Part shown: positions 46,364 through 50,406 of the stretch, piece by piece
Position numbering within the stretch: the stretch's first letter is position 1
How the letters are laid out: each line of letters begins with the position of its first letter
Assembly: GCA_003427395.1 (NCBI GenBank)
Contig: BFEA01000002.1
Location: 9,527,766 to 9,578,171 of the forward strand
Direction: 5' to 3'
Origin: Chara braunii
Taxonomy: Eukaryota > Plantae > Charophyceae
Length of the DNA: 50,406 bases
Position numbers and translations under genes: made by a program
Notes under the pieces: generated by a model
Told to the model about the DNA's origin: nothing
The model's database searches: none
What the model saw: only the letters and a program-made list of their open reading frames with translations

Positions 46364-47105
46364 GGTCGTGGTGGTTGGTGGTGTTTGTGGTTGTGGTGGT
46401 GGTTGTAGCTGTTGTGGTGGTGGTTGTGGTTGTTCTTGTGGTGGTTGTTGTTGTTGTTGTGGTTGTTGTGGTGGTGATTGTGGTGGTGGTTTTGGCTGTT
46501 GTGGTGGTGGTTGTGGTTATTGCGGTGGTGGTGGTTGTTGTTGTGGTTGTTGTGGTGGTGGGGTTGTGGTTGTGGTGGATGTGGTGATTGTTGTTGTTGT
46601 TGTTGTGGTTGTTGTTGTTGTGGTGGTGGTGGTGGTTGTGGTGGTGGTTGTGGTTGTTGTTGTGGTTGGGGTGGTTGTGGTTGGGGTGGTTGGGGATGGT
46701 TGCGGTTGCAGTGGATGTGGTTCTGGTGATTGGGGTGGTTGCAATTGTGGTGGTTGGGGTGTGGTGGTTGTGGTGTGGTGGTTGGGGTGGTTGTGGTTGT
46801 GGTGGTTGGGGTGGTTGAGGCTGTGGTGGTTGAGGTTGTGGTTGTGGTTGTTGTTGTTGGTTGTTTTTATCGGTTGTTGTTGTCGGTTGTTATTTGTTGT
46901 TGTTGTGTTGCTGTTGCTGTTGCTGTTGTTGTGGGTCATTGTTGTTTGTTGTTGTGGGTCATTGTGTTTGTTGTGTTTGTTGTGTTTGTTTGTTGTTGTT
47001 GTGGTTGTTTGGTGTGGTGATTGGGCGGTGGCTGTTGTTGTTGTGGTTGGGTGGTGGTTGTATGTTGTTGTGGTTGGGTGGTGGTTGTTTGTTGTTGTGG
47101 TTGGA
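46105..47105. repeat. 1-kb compound (GTT)n/(GGT)n microsatellite
   Basis: Read directly. Confidence 0.95.
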
Positions 47106-48006
47106 TGGTGTACACACGTGAATTGTTGAAACACAGACCGAGGTTTGAATCCAGTTGCAATCAGATGAACATAACAAAATCATTCTGAACCACCTGGACC
47201 CGTTTAGTACAATGATAACATCTCAAGGCCATTGCCGTTTTTTTTTTTCCCCTTTTCTGAAAAAGGTTGTGACTCCTTTAGTTGCCAGGAGTGCTGTGCC
47301 TTTTATTGTATTTACTACTTACTTAAATCATCATTTATTTAAACCACCACTACCTTTTACAGGCAAAATTGAAACCTCCTAAGAATGCGCTATATCCTAT
47401 TCCGCATTCTTCAGAGGCTGGGCAGCACCAAACCAAAATGGCTGGTGGCGCCAATAGTCGTGCTGGTGCTTCGGCAAAGCTTGGTGCGCAGTTCTTTTCC
47501 GCCTCTTCAAAAGGAGTGTCAGAGGTAGTGTTGGTTTGCTTAACTCAATAGTTTTTACTATCATGTTTTTGGTTTATCTTTGTCCAGGAGACATGCAGAC
47601 ATGCAGAGTGGAATTTGTTTGTGTCACGGGCAGCAGCTTCCACAACAACTCCCAGCAGCAGGTCTGAAGTGCTCTGCTCTGTCTCCACAGGTCACAGGAC
47701 CAGTTTGGCTTACCCTAGCTCTCATATTCAGTCTACATGTGCGTATCTCCTTTGTTTTCCCTTTCTTTGCCTTTCTTATCTCCTTTGGTTTTTCCCTTTC
47801 TTTGCCTTTCTTTTTCGTTTCTTTCACCCTTTTTTTTTTGTTTCTTCTCCCCCTCCCGCTCCCCAGTCTTTGGGCGTTGTATGGCTCAACTTGTTTTGAC
47901 TGCATGGGTGCAATGAAGCCCCAAAGAGACGGCAAGGTAAATGAAATACATCCGCTGAGGGGTGAGGGACGCCTCAACCGACGATCTAAGGAGCAAGTGC
48001 TGCTGC

Positions 48007-48119
48007 TACCGTCCTCACCCGAATAGAACGCCCAGTCTTTAATAGCTGTATTTTTTAAGGCAACAGTCAGTCCAGATAAAGTGAAAATGACTGGGTGTTC
48101 TATTCGGGTGAAGACGGTC
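48007..48119. mobile_element. MITE, same family
   Basis: TACCGTCCTCACCCGAATAGAACGCCCAGTC...GACTGGGTGTTCTATTCGGGTGAAGACGGT. Confidence 0.75.
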
Positions 48120-48512
48120 GCATTTCCATGCTCAATAAGCAAGAAGGTGGTCCAGGTTCATTGTGGACTCATTGAAATCATACGAACAGCGGGGTTGTCC
48201 CCACATACTAAAGGTGGCAACATCAAAACTCGGAACAATACAAAGTAAAAATGGCAAAGGAGAAAAGAAACATCTGGGCTGCGGGCATTCTGTGTGAATG
48301 CTTTTGCAAAAGGATTGCTCATTGCGAATCTGGCCCCTGTATGTGGACGGGAGGGAGTACCAGTGGTAAGGACTTGTGCTGATTGGCGAGAGCGAGGTGT
48401 GCGAGAAGTGCCGTGTCCGTGTGGTGTTGTGTGTCGTGTGTGTTGAGTTGGACACTACAGCCTTGCAGGGGTGGGGTGGATATCACGACCGGTATGGTTC
48501 CACTTCTGAACA

Positions 48513-48591
48513 CCGTGTCCTGGCTGTAGTGGTTACGATACTTGGCTCTTCTTGAGGCCGAGGTCGCCGGTTCGAATCCGTGCTTGCACGG
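48513..48591 (+). mobile_element. tRNA-derived (tRNA-Glu-like) SINE head or tRNA pseudogene
   Basis: A box TGGCTGTAGTGG, B box GGTTCGAATCC, CCGTG/CACGG ends. GGTTACGATACTTGGCTCT resembles plant tRNA-Glu. The anticodon arm is abnormal. Confidence 0.6.
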
Positions 48592-48876
48592 TGGAGGACG
48601 CCGGGCTCATGCTGGGATGGGTAGTGCCATCCTGTAACCTCAGCTGTTGGGGAGCTAGATGTGCAGATCCACTGAGCTGCTGATACTGGTGCATAAACAC
48701 CTTTCTTTCAATACTTAGAGATAGGGAAATCATCTGGGTGAGGTTGATGGACTCTCAGGTATGATGTCTAGTGCTAAGAATGCTCCACGGTCCGCGAGCA
48801 GGGAGGAGCAGGGAGGAGGGGAAAGCTTAGGGAAGAGATCGTCGAAGCCTTAGGGAAGTGGAAATTGGGGCCATTC

Positions 48877-49115
48877 CCGTCTTTCCTCCAATAGAACGTA
48901 CGGCAAGTGGTCACCAACCCACTTCTGTCTTCTGTCAACGGTGACAAACTCGGATGTAAAGGTTTCGCACAGGAGAAAGCACACAGACTGTCTGCAGCCG
49001 CAGATCTAAGATGTGGGAACACCTAAGGATCCCAAGTTACGGCTGTGGGCAGCTCTCAGTCTAATTGCAACGATAATGACTGTACAATGCGTACATTCTA
49101 TTCGGGTGAAGACGG
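48877..49115. mobile_element. Longer MITE, same family
   Basis: CCGTCTTTCCTCCAATAGAACGTACG...CGTACATTCTATTCGGGTGAAGACGG. Confidence 0.55.
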
Positions 49116-49663
49116 TCGTAAGCATGTCTCTTAAACCTGCTGAGGCTTCATACTGTTGGAATCGAGCTTCAAGGAAGCGCAACGAGGCGAGCATCAAGCA
49201 GGTTCAAGAAGTGTAAGGGAGGTCTCGTGGATTGCTTTCTACTCCAGTAGAGTGGAATCCTGGGCAGTCTGCGGGCCTCGCCGCACCACTCGCCAAATAC
49301 CAACATTTTGAATGCATCCATACTACTTCCATGTTCAGATTCGCTCATAAGGTCGGCGTTCTGCGAGTGGTGCAGCGAGGCCCTGCGTTGATGTGCTCGA
49401 GATTGTATCATGAAGGTATGAAGCAGAAGTTGTTTGCCAGAAATTAGTGTTATGAGCTGCTTCTTTTTTTGGGGGGGGGGAACAAAGCTCCAATCTATTC
49501 ATGGGGAGCAGCACATGCTGCGAACCGGGCCCAGCGTCCCTTTTGAAGGATTTTTTGAATACAGAGAAGAACCAGGGCCATTACCTGGTAATAGGAAAAA
49601 ATGCAATCTATCAAACCACTTGCTGCCTGCCAGCATTGATTGCCCTGGAAGCCCAGGGGATTA

Positions 49664-49975
49664 ACTGCACAGGAGTTTTAGGAGGGAAGGGAGCAGCATC
49701 TTCAAGGCGCCTGACAAACCTCTAACCAGCTAGCTCTCCCTTACGACAGTGAGCCTTTTACAGCCTTTTGCAGCAGAAAACGGATATATATAACCTACAA
49801 AAGTGTTACGGATTGGCGAGGAAAGGTTATGGGAAGTGGTCCGTGAAAAGTTTTTACACTGCACAGGAGTTTTAGGAGGGAAGGGAGCAGCATCTTCAAG
49901 GCGCCTGACAAACCTCTAACCAGCTAGCTCTCCCTTACGACAGTGAGCCTTCTACAGCCTTTTACAGCAGAAAAC

Positions 49976-49976
<1 letters not shown>
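49664..49976. repeat. ~120-bp direct repeat (49664-49782, 49858-49976)
   Basis: Near-identical copies read directly. Confidence 0.9.
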
Positions 49977-50010
<34 letters not shown>

Positions 50011-50013
<3 letters not shown>

Positions 50014-50396
50014 TCACAAACAGAACTGCCCGGTAAACTGTAGGCAGAGAGAGAGAAGAAGACAACAAACGAGGGGCTGTGACAAACTTTTTCGTCGGAG
50101 TTTCATATATATATATATTTCTTTGTTTCGTGGATGTTTTGCTGGCTTGCGATGGGGTGTGAACCGACAGTCTGCAGAGTTTTCCATCTGGTGTGGGTGA
50201 GTGATAGTCTACTTTGATTTGGTTAAGGTAGATTATCATTTACAGTGTAATCAGTGAGGGGATTCTGCAGATTGTTAGGGTTCAGCCTCCTGATGAGTTG
50301 GTGAAACTCCGACGAAACAGTTTGTCACAGCCCCTCGTTTGTTGTCCTCTTCTCTCTCTCTGCCTATGGTTTACCGGGCAGTTCTGTTTGTGACGA
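50011..50396 (+). mobile_element. Element with ~95-bp inverted ends in a (TA)n tract, containing a hammerhead core (Penelope-like remnant or MITE)
   Basis: 50011-50105 is the reverse complement of 50302-50396. CTGATGA-GTTGG...CCGAC-GAAA at 50290-50317. Confidence 0.6.
50267..50326 (+). ncRNA. Candidate (possibly degenerate) hammerhead ribozyme
   Basis: Intact core and stem II. GCAGAUUGU can pair with ACAGUUUGU as stem III (four GU pairs). Stem I has an A-C mismatch at its base. Confidence 0.5.
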
Positions 50397-50406
50397 TATA
50401 TACTAC

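Noticed and set aside
46046-47183. Poly-Cys/Val/Thr and His-Thr-rich ORFs (also 27837-28561, 39487-39761)
   Set aside because: Translations of microsatellites.
48513-48591. Functional tRNA gene
   Set aside because: Acceptor stem mismatched and anticodon loop not 7 nt; treated as SINE head or pseudogene.

Overview
Repeat-rich eukaryotic nuclear DNA, probably from a streptophyte (Chara-like) green alga. This is inferred from a plastid-type chlI fragment, the Ty3/Gypsy content and the microsatellite load. Bases 1-21760 are one giant (~25 kb inferred), degenerate minus-strand Ty3/Gypsy LTR retrotransposon with ~6.1 kb LTRs, a PBS and gag-PR-RT-RNaseH-integrase. Between PBS and gag lies a ~5.4 kb array of about nine tightly packed, co-oriented ORFs of unknown function. 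They include two internal paralog families and are joined by operon-like ATGA or short overlaps. The rest of the window is intergenic or intronic DNA. It contains a possible first exon of a host gene, a chromovirus remnant, a Tc1/mariner-like MITE family and a hAT-like MITE. It also holds two hammerhead-ribozyme-bearing Penelope-like inserts, a tRNA-derived SINE head, a 108-bp chlI plastid insertion inside a (GAA)n tract, many microsatellites, three assembly gaps and a Nextera adapter artefact. All coordinates, counts and alignments were read by eye.
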